A stretch of 64,000 nucleotides of DNA, from the IMG/VR virus record IMGVR_UViG_2904541872_000002, positions 1,693-65,692 of that record; one strand, 5' to 3'. The notes below the pieces were generated by a model. The model worked only from the letters and a program-made list of their open reading frames with translations. It ran no database searches and had not been told where the DNA came from. Numbering within the stretch: the first letter of the stretch is position 1; each line of letters opens with the position of its first letter. This DNA comes from a virus (taxonomy: Duplodnaviria; Caudoviricetes). Positions 1-7,681 of this stretch are shown piece after piece. Both the position numbers and the translations under genes were made by a program.

Positions 1-189
1 GACGCGGCCTTTCCGCTTGAGATATCCGGGCCCTCGGACCTACGTAACGCGGCCGTTCTCGCTGCCGCTGAACTCATCGACGCCGACCTTCCGACCCAAA
101 GAGACGGGACTGAGCTCCCCGGCGTCATACGCGGGATTACCCCGTTAGGCAAAGCTGCGTTGCGAAAAACAGGGCACAAGGCGGCTTAG
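1..189 (+). CDS. Partial hypothetical protein (C-terminal part), resembles 42199..42606
   Basis: Open frame 1 from window edge to TAG at 187-189: DAAFPLEISGPSDLRNAAVLAAAELIDADLP...IRGITPLGKAAL. Confidence 0.55.
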   Translation, partial: DAAFPLEISGPSDLRNAAVLAAAELIDADLPTQRDGTELPGVIRGITPLGKAALRKTGHKAA

Positions 190-235
190 CCCCACCTAGG
201 GGTTCGAGCGACAGAACCTCGGGCGCGCAAGACTC

Positions 236-862
236 CTAGCTCCGCTTGAACCTCTCGGCCGGGATCGCGCCCTTACGCTTTACCTTCACCCAGTCAGGTG
301 ACCGAGACCCAGGCTGATAGGTGCTCAGAACGCGCTTCGCGACCAACCCCTCGAGGTTGAGCGGAATCACAGCCTTCTCGAACACCGTCAGCCCGTCCTC
401 GCCGTCGAAGTGGCCGACTAGCAGCACGTTCGGCAAATCTTTTGTTAGGACCTTGGCCAGCGCCGCCTTGCGCTTCTTAAGAGGCTGGCGCGTGATGTCC
501 ACGCCGCGGTCCACCAAGAGGTCGAAGACACAGTAAACGACCGGCGGGGCGCCCTGGAACCACTTGCGTCGTCTGGCACGGTCTTGCAGCTGGTCGAAGT
601 CGCTGTGTCCCTGTTCGTCCAGCACGCAAACCTCGCCGTCGAAGACGTACGGGCCATCCTTGAGCGCGGAAAGGCCGGCTGCCACTTCGGGGAACCAGGC
701 GGTCGCATTCGCCCCGCCGCGGGTGCGCAGCTGCACATCGAGGTCAACCTCGGCCATCAGCCGGTAGCCGTCGAACTTGATCTCGCAGATCCAGCCTGGC
801 TCGGTCATGTCGACCGGCCGCTCGGTGAGCAGCATCGGGAAGAGCGCTTGGAAGTCGAGCAT
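236..862 (-). CDS. ATP-dependent DNA ligase adenylation domain (no OB domain)
   Basis: Motif I EIKFDGYR, motif III FDGEV, IIIa VFDLL, IV EGLVAKR, V RSPDWVKVK; ends 13 aa after motif V. Confidence 0.9.
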   Translation of the reverse strand: MLDFQALFPMLLTERPVDMTEPGWICEIKFDGYRLMAEVDLDVQLRTRGGANATAWFPEVAAGLSALKDGPYVFDGEVCVLDEQGHSDFDQLQDRARRRKWFQGAPPVVYCVFDLLVDRGVDITRQPLKKRKAALAKVLTKDLPNVLLVGHFDGEDGLTVFEKAVIPLNLEGLVAKRVLSTYQPGSRSPDWVKVKRKGAIPAERFKRS

Positions 863-932
863 GCTGCGACGGTAGGCGACGCTGCCGCAGTCGGCGTGTC
901 AGGAAAATTCGCTGCGCGGCGCCTGAAACGAC

Positions 933-968
933 AAAATCCCCCGCCCGGCCGAAGCCAGAGCGGGGGAT
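933..968 (-). terminator. Intrinsic terminator at end of late lysis operon
   Basis: Stem ATCCCCCGC (936-944) / GCGGGGGAT (960-968) followed by a T tract on the minus strand (AAAA at 933-936). Confidence 0.75.
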
Positions 969-986
969 CAAGGGGGTGGTCGGGGT

Positions 987-1523
987 CTATTCTGGCGCCG
1001 GCAGTCCTCGCAAAGAGTAGGTGTCTGCCCTGCATGAGGCATAGGCGCCGCTCATCGTCTCAATCGCCGTCAGGGCGTCTGCAAGGCGTCCAGCACCAGC
1101 TTCCGATAGAACCCCACTGGACGTGCCGGCGTCTGCTGCACCAGCGTCGGGACTGGGGGCAGCTGCACTTGGGGCGCCTCCACCACCGCTCCCGGCATCG
1201 CGGGCGCAGTCGCGCACGCGGACAACGACAGGAGCGCTGCGTTGGCGGCGATCGTCAGCAGCGATTTGGGTGACAGCTTTCTCATCGGTCTTCTCCTGCG
1301 CCTCGTGGCGCCTGTTCAGCTCGGCCTGGGCCGCGTCTCGTTCCTTCGTGCGCTGCACGAGCAGCCGGGCCGCTGCGGTGTTCGTCGCGACCACCGCCGC
1401 GTTCTGGACCTGAAGCGCCAGGCCCGCCGTCTTGGCCTGCCCGCGGTAGAGCCAGGTCGACAGGCCCAGCACGCCGGCCAGCGCCGCCAGTGCGAGCAGC
1501 AGGTAGTTGCGCAGGTCAGGCAT
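987..1523 (-). CDS. Rz-like inner-membrane spanin
   Basis: Start reassigned to ATG 1523 (MPDLRNYLLLALAALAGVLGLSTWLY, N-terminal TM), coiled-coil body, C-terminal Cys; fully embeds a lipoprotein ORF in another frame. Confidence 0.8.
   Translation of the reverse strand: MPDLRNYLLLALAALAGVLGLSTWLYRGQAKTAGLALQVQNAAVVATNTAAARLLVQRTKERDAAQAELNRRHEAQEKTDEKAVTQIAADDRRQRSAPVVVRVRDCARDAGSGGGGAPSAAAPSPDAGAADAGTSSGVLSEAGAGRLADALTAIETMSGAYASCRADTYSLRGLPAPE
1070..1285 (-). CDS. Rz1-like outer-membrane spanin lipoprotein (embedded in Rz)
   Basis: Lipobox LLSLSAC (Cys24), Pro-rich mature part, nested in Rz like lambda Rz1. Confidence 0.8.
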   Translation of the reverse strand: MRKLSPKSLLTIAANAALLSLSACATAPAMPGAVVEAPQVQLPPVPTLVQQTPARPVGFYRKLVLDALQTP

Positions 1524-1974
1524 TGCTACCTCCCAGCGCCGAGGCGGCGGCCATGCCCTGCAGCAAGTCCTTGAAGCTCTTTCCGGCCTCCTGCTGGATG
1601 GGCACCTCGAGGTCGAGCAGCACCAGGCCCAGGGCCTCGATGCATGGCCGAGCATCGAGCGATTCGCTGATGTCGGTGATGTGCCCTGCGGCCAGCAGCT
1701 GAGCGCACAGCTCGAGCGGGATCTCGACATCGAAGGCAGCGGCGCCGGCCTGCAGCGCCTCCGGCGAGCCGAGGGCGTCGGCGACCTTCTTGTCGATCGC
1801 GCCGCTGCTGATGAAGTGCGTGGGCTCCGTCGCGCCTGGCGGGGCCAGCGGCACGGTCCACATGCCGGTGCCGCCCTCTCCGAACTCGGCGGCGAAGGCG
1901 CGCGCGATCGGCGCCATGGCGGCCTCGATGATCATGCAGCGCTGAACCCAGGTGATGCCTTGCTCTTCGTCCAT
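1516..1974 (-). CDS. Hypothetical protein downstream of receptor-binding protein (possible fibre chaperone)
   Basis: 152-aa ORF tightly packed between RBP and Rz, phage-like codon usage. Confidence 0.7.
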   Translation of the reverse strand: MDEEQGITWVQRCMIIEAAMAPIARAFAAEFGEGGTGMWTVPLAPPGATEPTHFISSGAIDKKVADALGSPEALQAGAAAFDVEIPLELCAQLLAAGHITDISESLDARPCIEALGLVLLDLEVPIQQEAGKSFKDLLQGMAAASALGGSNA

Positions 1975-1981
1975 GGCCGCC

Positions 1982-4075
1982 TCAGAGGTTGTTGCTCATG
2001 TCGAGCTTGGCTTGGGCTTCGAGCCAGCCGAGTTCGTCAGGCGACTGCACGCGACCGATGCCGCGCAGGCTGTGAATCACCCCGTTGAACGGGTTGCTCG
2101 AGTTGTTTCGACGCCCGACGTTCATCACGTAGTTGCCGTACGAGCCAACACCTTGCGTCGTGCTGGAGGCGTTTGACGGCACGCCATTGACCCGAAGCGC
2201 ACTGGATGGCGCAGCGATATCCCCCGTCATGCTGAGGATGAGGCCCGCAGGCGCAGGGATAGCGAAGACCGCAACGAATGCAGCCGAGGTGCCACGAGAA
2301 CCTGTACCGACGTTCGCGACTCCCGCGTTCAGAGGCGCTGCGAGGTAGAAGGTGCCGTCCGAGGTGCTGATTGGGCCAAACTCAGCCACCATCGCCGTCG
2401 CCGCGTCGCTCTGCTTACGGATCGCAGCGGTGATGTTCACCTTGTTCGTGCCCCACGCGATAGCTGCGGGGCTGTACAGGCTGTCGTCTGTACCGTCGAA
2501 GCGCCAGCCTTTCGCGAAGCCCACGGTGTCGTAGTCGGTGGCTGCACCGATGCGTTGATAGCGTTGCAGCGGACCGTAGTTGAACTGCGGGTGCCACATC
2601 AACAGGTCGGCACTGTCGGCCGTGCTCTGCGTGCCACGAAGCCAGAGACCGATGGCATTGACTGTCGTGCTGCCCGCAGACACAGTGCTGTCTTGCGAGA
2701 AGTATTGCCACGTGCCGGTCACGGTGATGAGTTTGCCCACCGTCGCGGAGTTGTCATCTCGGAATTGAACAACTTTCGTGGAACCATCATTCGTCTTGAG
2801 CCAGAGCCCTTGCGAATAAGTCCCGCCCACGGGCATGCCTGTAATCGACTGGAGAAGTCGGCTGATGTCCCCCGAGGTCGTGCCACCGTTCAAAGCTAAC
2901 TGCACACGAGAGGCTGTCGTGGTGCCATCCGGCGCTACGCCAAAGTTATCGGTGACAACGGCTGCGGTGCCCGTACCACCGGCAGACTTCGCCCAATTGG
3001 CATGGCTGATCTGTTCGCTGTAAGTGAGCAAGTTGACCCGAGCACTCAGCGTCGGCCGCGACGTGGACGTAGGCTGGATCAGGTGATTGCCTGGAATCTC
3101 CACGACGATGATCGTGTCGATGGTGCCGATGAAGCCGTTGCTGTAGATGTAGAGCGCAGCGTTGGCGGGTGCTACCAGAATGCGACGGTAAAGATCAGGC
3201 GCCGTCTTGTAGAGGATGTTACTGCCCGTGCCGTCATAGGGCATTGCTACAGAGCCCGCCGTGCGCGAAACCACGCGCATGATGACCTCATAGGTACGAC
3301 CGGGGATCAGCTTGGGCGTGCTGCCCCAACCCATCAGGCCATTGGCACCAGACATCGTGTAGCTGCCGTCGCCGTTGTCAACCCAGCCATTGAGAACGTT
3401 GGTCGCGCCAGACCAAAGATTTGTGCCCGTGATCTGCTTGCAGGACACGTTGTCAAGCGTGTAGCTCTTTTGCGTGCCCGAGTCGTTGTTCACGTAGAAC
3501 GACAGATGCGAGGCCGTAGACGAAGCACGGAACAACAACCTGAAGGTGCCGTTTCCGGGGATGCTGAAGGACAGTAGATCGGCGCCTCCAGCCGTGCTGC
3601 CCATCTGCATGAGATTGTTCGCACTGCTGCCAACCCAATCGCTGACCTGAAAGATCAATTCGTAGACGGCACCAGGGACAGTAGTCCATCCGGCTTGACG
3701 CAAGCGAGCTATACCACCCGTGGCCCCCGTGTCGAGTTTGACCACGCCGCCCGTTGCAACCACGCTCCCGGGCGCAGTGGATGGCGTGGTCCAGCCGGTA
3801 AGACCCGAAGTGAAGCTGCCGTTCTGCACGAGATCGGCACCTCGCGGTGCGCCGCCCTTCGAGCGGTCAAGCACGATGCCGACGGGTTGTTCGACGTTGT
3901 AGACAGGCAGGGTGCCGCCAGTAGCACCGCCATCCTGATACTGCGTCGATAGATCACTGGCCGACCAGTCGAACGCCGGCGCAGTTGTGGCAGCGAACAT
4001 GGCAGCGACGAGTGCCGCCACGGTCCGCAGCGGCCCGTGCGTGTTGCTGCTGAGCTGGGTAGCGCGCAGCCGCAT
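1982..4075 (-). CDS. Receptor-binding/tail fibre protein with carbohydrate-binding-like modules and C-terminal LamG/concanavalin-like domain
   Basis: Start at ATG 4075 (TAATG overlap with upstream gene); module starts DLVQNGSFTSGLTGW and NLLTYSEQISHANW; C-terminal FDGTDD...GRR...PFNGVI; T/S/G/N rich and lower GC. Confidence 0.75.
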   Translation of the reverse strand: MRLRATQLSSNTHGPLRTVAALVAAMFAATTAPAFDWSASDLSTQYQDGGATGGTLPVYNVEQPVGIVLDRSKGGAPRGADLVQNGSFTSGLTGWTTPSTAPGSVVATGGVVKLDTGATGGIARLRQAGWTTVPGAVYELIFQVSDWVGSSANNLMQMGSTAGGADLLSFSIPGNGTFRLLFRASSTASHLSFYVNNDSGTQKSYTLDNVSCKQITGTNLWSGATNVLNGWVDNGDGSYTMSGANGLMGWGSTPKLIPGRTYEVIMRVVSRTAGSVAMPYDGTGSNILYKTAPDLYRRILVAPANAALYIYSNGFIGTIDTIIVVEIPGNHLIQPTSTSRPTLSARVNLLTYSEQISHANWAKSAGGTGTAAVVTDNFGVAPDGTTTASRVQLALNGGTTSGDISRLLQSITGMPVGGTYSQGLWLKTNDGSTKVVQFRDDNSATVGKLITVTGTWQYFSQDSTVSAGSTTVNAIGLWLRGTQSTADSADLLMWHPQFNYGPLQRYQRIGAATDYDTVGFAKGWRFDGTDDSLYSPAAIAWGTNKVNITAAIRKQSDAATAMVAEFGPISTSDGTFYLAAPLNAGVANVGTGSRGTSAAFVAVFAIPAPAGLILSMTGDIAAPSSALRVNGVPSNASSTTQGVGSYGNYVMNVGRRNNSSNPFNGVIHSLRGIGRVQSPDELGWLEAQAKLDMSNNL

Positions 4076-5001
4076 TACGCCAGCTCCGTGACTTCCAGCT
4101 GGCCGGTCTGCGACGCGGAGAGTGAGTCCGCGATGACCGAGATCCATGCGCCGGCCGGCACCTCAATGCGCGCGCCCTGGGCCAGGAAGTGCGCGTTGGT
4201 GCCGGCGCCGGTATTGGCTGCGGTGTTCGCGACGTTGAAGGTCGCCGCGGCGAAACCGTAGCGCACGTCGCAACCGCGCGCGAATAGCGACACACGGGCC
4301 GTGCTCGCCGTGAGCTGCTGCGGGTTCGCGACGCCGGTCACCAGGACCTGGCGGGCAAGTAGCGGCGCGCGCAGCGTGTTGACGTTGAGCAGTGACGTGA
4401 TCGCAACCCAGATGTTCGACAGCCAGCCGATTAGGCCGGCACCGCCGGCCGGCAGCGCCGGCGCCGCGGTGGTCTTCGTGCCGATCTGCGCGTCGTCGCT
4501 GGCCAGCACCACCGGTAGCGCTGCTGCGCTGGCCGCCGCGCCGAAGCCCGGAATCTTGCCGACCAGGCGCTTCATGAACGCCATCAGGCTCGCGGTGGCG
4601 GTGTCGCTCGCGGCCGGTGCATCGGCGCGCGCGCCGAGCGTCACGCTGGCGCCGTCAGCGACGGTCACGGCGCCGCCACCGCCGCCGCCACCAGCTCCCA
4701 CGGCGGCCGAGATGTTGTACTCGGCGCCCAGCGGCGGCATGGCGATGCCGGGGCCGCGTCGCTGCACGCGCAGTGCCACCGGCCCGCGGATCTCCACCGA
4801 GACATCTTGCGGCGCGCGCAATGCGCGAACATCGGCCCAGGCTCCGCCGGCGCGCTGCAGCTGGATGCGCAGCTCGGCGCCGGCCGGGATGGCGCTGCCG
4901 TTCGCGGAGGTCAGGAAGACGGTGATGATCTTGCCGTCGTCGACATTCACCACGCTCGATAGCGCGGTGTCGGAATCGGGGGCGAGGAGTTGGATGGTCA
5001 T
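4075..5001 (-). CDS. Probable virion/tail structural protein
   Basis: 308-aa ORF between endolysin and RBP, Gly-rich hinge, translationally coupled to RBP. Confidence 0.65.
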   Translation of the reverse strand: MTIQLLAPDSDTALSSVVNVDDGKIITVFLTSANGSAIPAGAELRIQLQRAGGAWADVRALRAPQDVSVEIRGPVALRVQRRGPGIAMPPLGAEYNISAAVGAGGGGGGGAVTVADGASVTLGARADAPAASDTATASLMAFMKRLVGKIPGFGAAASAAALPVVLASDDAQIGTKTTAAPALPAGGAGLIGWLSNIWVAITSLLNVNTLRAPLLARQVLVTGVANPQQLTASTARVSLFARGCDVRYGFAAATFNVANTAANTGAGTNAHFLAQGARIEVPAGAWISVIADSLSASQTGQLEVTELA

Positions 5002-5019
5002 GGTTGGTCCTTTCGGCGG

Positions 5020-5580
5020 CTACTGCGCGGCGAGGCAGGCGGCGTGGCGCTCCTGCTGGCGCAGCCACACGCCCTTGCAGCCTTTGGGGCCCCAGTTCTG
5101 CGGCAGCGCGCAATCGCGCTTGGCCTGGAATCGATAGCGCAGGAGCGCGTCGCACGCGGCGCGCGGCCGACCGGCGCGCAGCTCGCGCTGCATGCTTGAG
5201 CCGGTCCAGTTGCTCATGCCGAACTGCCCCACGAAGTTCATGTAGAGGTCAAACTCCTCCTGGGTCAGCATCACGCCGGGCAGCGAGGCGGCGAACCGCC
5301 GCTCTTCGGGTCGGTTGAGGTTGCGCGCGAGTTCCTCGGCGCGCCGGCGCGTGATCGGTGGATCTGCCAGCGTCACGCGCGTGCCGTCCTCGTAGCGGGT
5401 GGAGCCGTGCCCGATCGTGGGCACGTCGCCCTGCGTGGGTATGTAGGGGTGCAGCACCTCCACGCCATCGCCGCGCACCGTGACCGGGCCGTCACCCTCC
5501 TGCGCCTTCCACGCGCCGAAGCCCGCCACCGACAACGTCAGGGCCGCCACAGCGATGCGCACACGGCTGGGCGCGGCCAT
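5020..5580 (-). CDS. SAR endolysin, GH24 (phage lysozyme) family
   Basis: Start at ATG 5580 overlapping holin stop; N-terminal Ala/Gly-rich SAR segment, catalytic EG, YIPTQGDVPTIGHGST, C-terminal G...RQQE...C. Confidence 0.9.
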   Translation of the reverse strand: MAAPSRVRIAVAALTLSVAGFGAWKAQEGDGPVTVRGDGVEVLHPYIPTQGDVPTIGHGSTRYEDGTRVTLADPPITRRRAEELARNLNRPEERRFAASLPGVMLTQEEFDLYMNFVGQFGMSNWTGSSMQRELRAGRPRAACDALLRYRFQAKRDCALPQNWGPKGCKGVWLRQQERHAACLAAQ

Positions 5581-5891
5581 CAGTCGGTCTCCGTCGGCCG
5601 CAGGGCAGCCCACTCGCTCGGCGTGAGCACCAGGCGCGGCTTCGGCTTGATCCACCCGACCCGCTCGAAGAAAGGGCGCCAGAACTTTTTCCAGCAGAAC
5701 TCCGCGAGCAGCGCGAGCGTGTAGATGGCGGCGGCCGCGGAGGCCAGGTTCGGCCAGCTGAGCACGAACAGGTCGGCGAAGGCCGAGGTTGCCTTGGTGG
5801 CGCTTTCCACGACCTGCGCCCCCGCGGCAGAAGCGATAGCGGCCCCGGCCTTCACGGCGGGCGCGCTGATGGTGGTGGGGTCTTCGTTCAT
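5580..5891 (-). CDS. Holin-like membrane protein
   Basis: 103 aa, hydrophobic segment LSWPNLASAAAAIYTLALLAEFCW plus basic tail, directly upstream of endolysin. Confidence 0.75.
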   Translation of the reverse strand: MNEDPTTISAPAVKAGAAIASAAGAQVVESATKATSAFADLFVLSWPNLASAAAAIYTLALLAEFCWKKFWRPFFERVGWIKPKPRLVLTPSEWAALRPTETD

Positions 5892-5898
5892 GCCCCCA

Positions 5899-5940
5899 AT
5901 GATTTCGGCGCGCGGCCGCGCGGTCGAACCCTAGAGGGGG
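5899..5940 (-). promoter_or_regulatory. Late promoter element copy 1 (holin operon), predicted leaderless
   Basis: Minus strand CCCCCTCTAGGG-TTCGAC-N18-AATCAT, ATG 8 nt after the last -10 base. Confidence 0.75.
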
Positions 5941-5968
5941 AGCGACTTCGCCGCTACCATTCACATGC

Positions 5969-5994
5969 GACTAGCCTAACGGCCAGAACCGGTC
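5969..5994. repeat. 26-bp GGCC-centred cassette-boundary site 1
   Basis: GACTAGCCTAAC-GGCC-AGAA-CCGGTC. Confidence 0.5.
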
Positions 5995-6071
5995 ATCGAG
6001 CGTCGCGGCTGATTGCAACAGAGTTCGAACCCCGACCTGAGGAGCACACCGCTTGCGGCGTGAACAGACAG

Positions 6072-6461
6072 ATGAAGATGTACATCCTTGTCCGAGACGA
6101 CATCCCGCTAGGCTTCGCCATGGTCGCCGTGGCTCATGCATCCTTGGCAGGCTATCTCAAGTTTCAGAACGAGCCAGAAACACAGAAGTGGCTTTCGGGC
6201 CCTTTTTTCAAGGCCGTCTGTAAGGCGAATGCCAAAGAGTTTGAGAACGCCAAACAGGTTGGCGACCATCTGGTTTTGACTGAATCTGCGCTTGAGAATC
6301 AAGAGGTAGCGATTGTCTTCAAGCCTCGGGATGAATGGCCAAAGATGTTCAAATTCCTTCGACTCTACAAGGAGGCCCCATTGCCTCCGGCTGTGTCTGA
6401 ATGGCAGGGCGCGGCCAGAAGCAGACCTCTATTGTCCAACAGCATCAGAAAACTCCTGTGA
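6072..6461 (+). CDS. Peptidyl-tRNA hydrolase 2 (Pth2)-like protein, cargo gene
   Basis: MKMYILVRDDIPLGFAMVAVAHA start, W..GPFFKAVCKAN, LTES, AIVFKPR; low GC; reads through site 6401-6426; alternative GTG start 6060. Confidence 0.75.
   Translation: MKMYILVRDDIPLGFAMVAVAHASLAGYLKFQNEPETQKWLSGPFFKAVCKANAKEFENAKQVGDHLVLTESALENQEVAIVFKPRDEWPKMFKFLRLYKEAPLPPAVSEWQGAARSRPLLSNSIRKLL
6401..6426. repeat. 26-bp GGCC-centred cassette-boundary site 2
   Basis: ATGGCAGGGCGC-GGCC-AGAA-GCAGAC. Confidence 0.55.
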
Positions 6462-6504
6462 TTAAAACCTTCAGTGGCGTTGCATTGGTGGGCTACGGGC
6501 GTCA

Positions 6505-7104
6505 TTGATGGACGTCCAGCCTTCAGTTGATCCTGCTGTTTTCTCCCACATTCGTGTGGTGCTCAGCATGGTGGTGAGCCTGGGGATCGCACGATTGCTA
6601 TCCGGCGTGGCCCGGTTTGTCCAGCATCCTGGGCGCAGGCCTGCGTACGGCGTCCACTTGGTGTGGGCGCTGTCCCTGCTGCTATCGATGATGCACTTCT
6701 GGTGGTGGGAGTTTTCCCTCTCGCACTTGCAGGTCTGGCGCTTCGAGACCTATGTCTTTGTCGTCGGTTATGCCGCTCTCTACTACCTCCTCTGTACAAT
6801 TCTCTTCCCCGACGACCTAGCGGAATACGCAGGCTACCGTGACTACTTCATGTCTCGTCGGCGATGGTTCTTCGGACTGCTGGCCACGACGTATATCGTC
6901 GATGTCGCAGACACCTGGATCAAAGGTCGAGACCACCTTAGCGCGCAGGGGTACGAATATCCGATAAGGACCGTCGTTTATGTGGTGCTATGCCTTCTCG
7001 CGGCGCGCACCGCCAATGCGCGTTTTCATATCGCTTTTGCTGTGCTCAGCCTGGTCTACCAAGTCTCATGGATCCTTCGCCTGTACGACGTGATCGGTAT
7101 TTGA
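6505..7104 (+). CDS. Multi-pass inner-membrane protein, cargo gene
   Basis: 199 aa, about 5-6 hydrophobic segments, HFWWWEF and LFPDD motifs, low GC, antisense to late operon. Confidence 0.8.
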   Translation: MMDVQPSVDPAVFSHIRVVLSMVVSLGIARLLSGVARFVQHPGRRPAYGVHLVWALSLLLSMMHFWWWEFSLSHLQVWRFETYVFVVGYAALYYLLCTILFPDDLAEYAGYRDYFMSRRRWFFGLLATTYIVDVADTWIKGRDHLSAQGYEYPIRTVVYVVLCLLAARTANARFHIAFAVLSLVYQVSWILRLYDVIGI

Positions 7105-7186
7105 GCTGCAATCGGATTCTCATGGGTGAACGTTTTCGGGCAAGTGCGCACGTAGCGCCCGCAACGACTGCTTTGGAGAGCTCCGA

Positions 7187-7237
7187 CCGGCTGGTTCGGG
7201 CCCAAAGCAGACATCCCCGATGCCTGAAAGCAGACAT
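7187..7237. repeat. 26-bp GGCC-centred cassette-boundary site 3 plus adjacent half-site
   Basis: CCGGCTGGTTCG-GGCC-CAAA-GCAGAC (7187-7212) then GCCT-GAAA-GCAGAC-AT (7222-7237). Confidence 0.55.
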
Positions 7238-7257
7238 TCGTCCGGGCAATGGCGCGT

Positions 7258-7539
7258 CTACCCTTGAGCCTTCGTCCACCGCTTGTGCAGTGCGAAGCTG
7301 CGATGCCGAGTCCGTTGCTCGTACTGTCGTCCGCGACCGATGGCTTCAAGCCTCGTCGCGATTACGGAGTCGATTGGTGCGCCTTGCTCCAGCCACCCGA
7401 CCGCAAGCGCGGGCCAGTAGTCGGTCGGCCAGTTCAGCGCACCAAGAAGAATCTCGCTTGCTGGCATCGAACCGGAGTACGACGAGTACGGCGACTCCAG
7501 CGCCGGTAGAAAGCGAATGAACTCGGGGTCTGATGCCAT
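7258..7539 (-). CDS. Small hypothetical protein, cargo gene
   Basis: 93 aa, W-rich (NWPTDYWPALAVGWLEQG), low GC, lies between two boundary sites. Confidence 0.65.
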   Translation of the reverse strand: MASDPEFIRFLPALESPYSSYSGSMPASEILLGALNWPTDYWPALAVGWLEQGAPIDSVIATRLEAIGRGRQYEQRTRHRSFALHKRWTKAQG

Positions 7540-7545
7540 AGCTTA

Positions 7546-7571
7546 GTGTCTGCTCCTGGCCGACTGTAGCC
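7546..7571. repeat. 26-bp GGCC-centred cassette-boundary site 4
   Basis: GTGTCTGCTCCT-GGCC-GACT-GTAGCC. Confidence 0.55.
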
Positions 7572-7681
7572 GGTCACACAGCCGTCGCGAAGGGGCTTTT
7601 GCAAACGCTCAACATGGGCACGCTCTAGCCCCCAAAGTCAACCATGCAGCACGACGGTGCCTCCCTTAGCCGAAACTCCGC

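Noticed and set aside
190-234. Plus-oriented promoter motif that would drive antisense RNA into the ligase gene
   Set aside because: Spacing to the AAGACT hexamer is 3 nt longer than in the matched copies; kept only as a weak variant
1-5000. Left att junction or diversity-generating retroelement near the RBP
   Set aside because: No tRNA-Asp 3' duplicate seen, no reverse transcriptase, no TR/VR repeat pair noticed
5975-5981. GCCTAAC as an integron attC core
   Set aside because: No matching GTTRRRY end or attC stem nearby and no IntI gene; the 26-bp site model fits better
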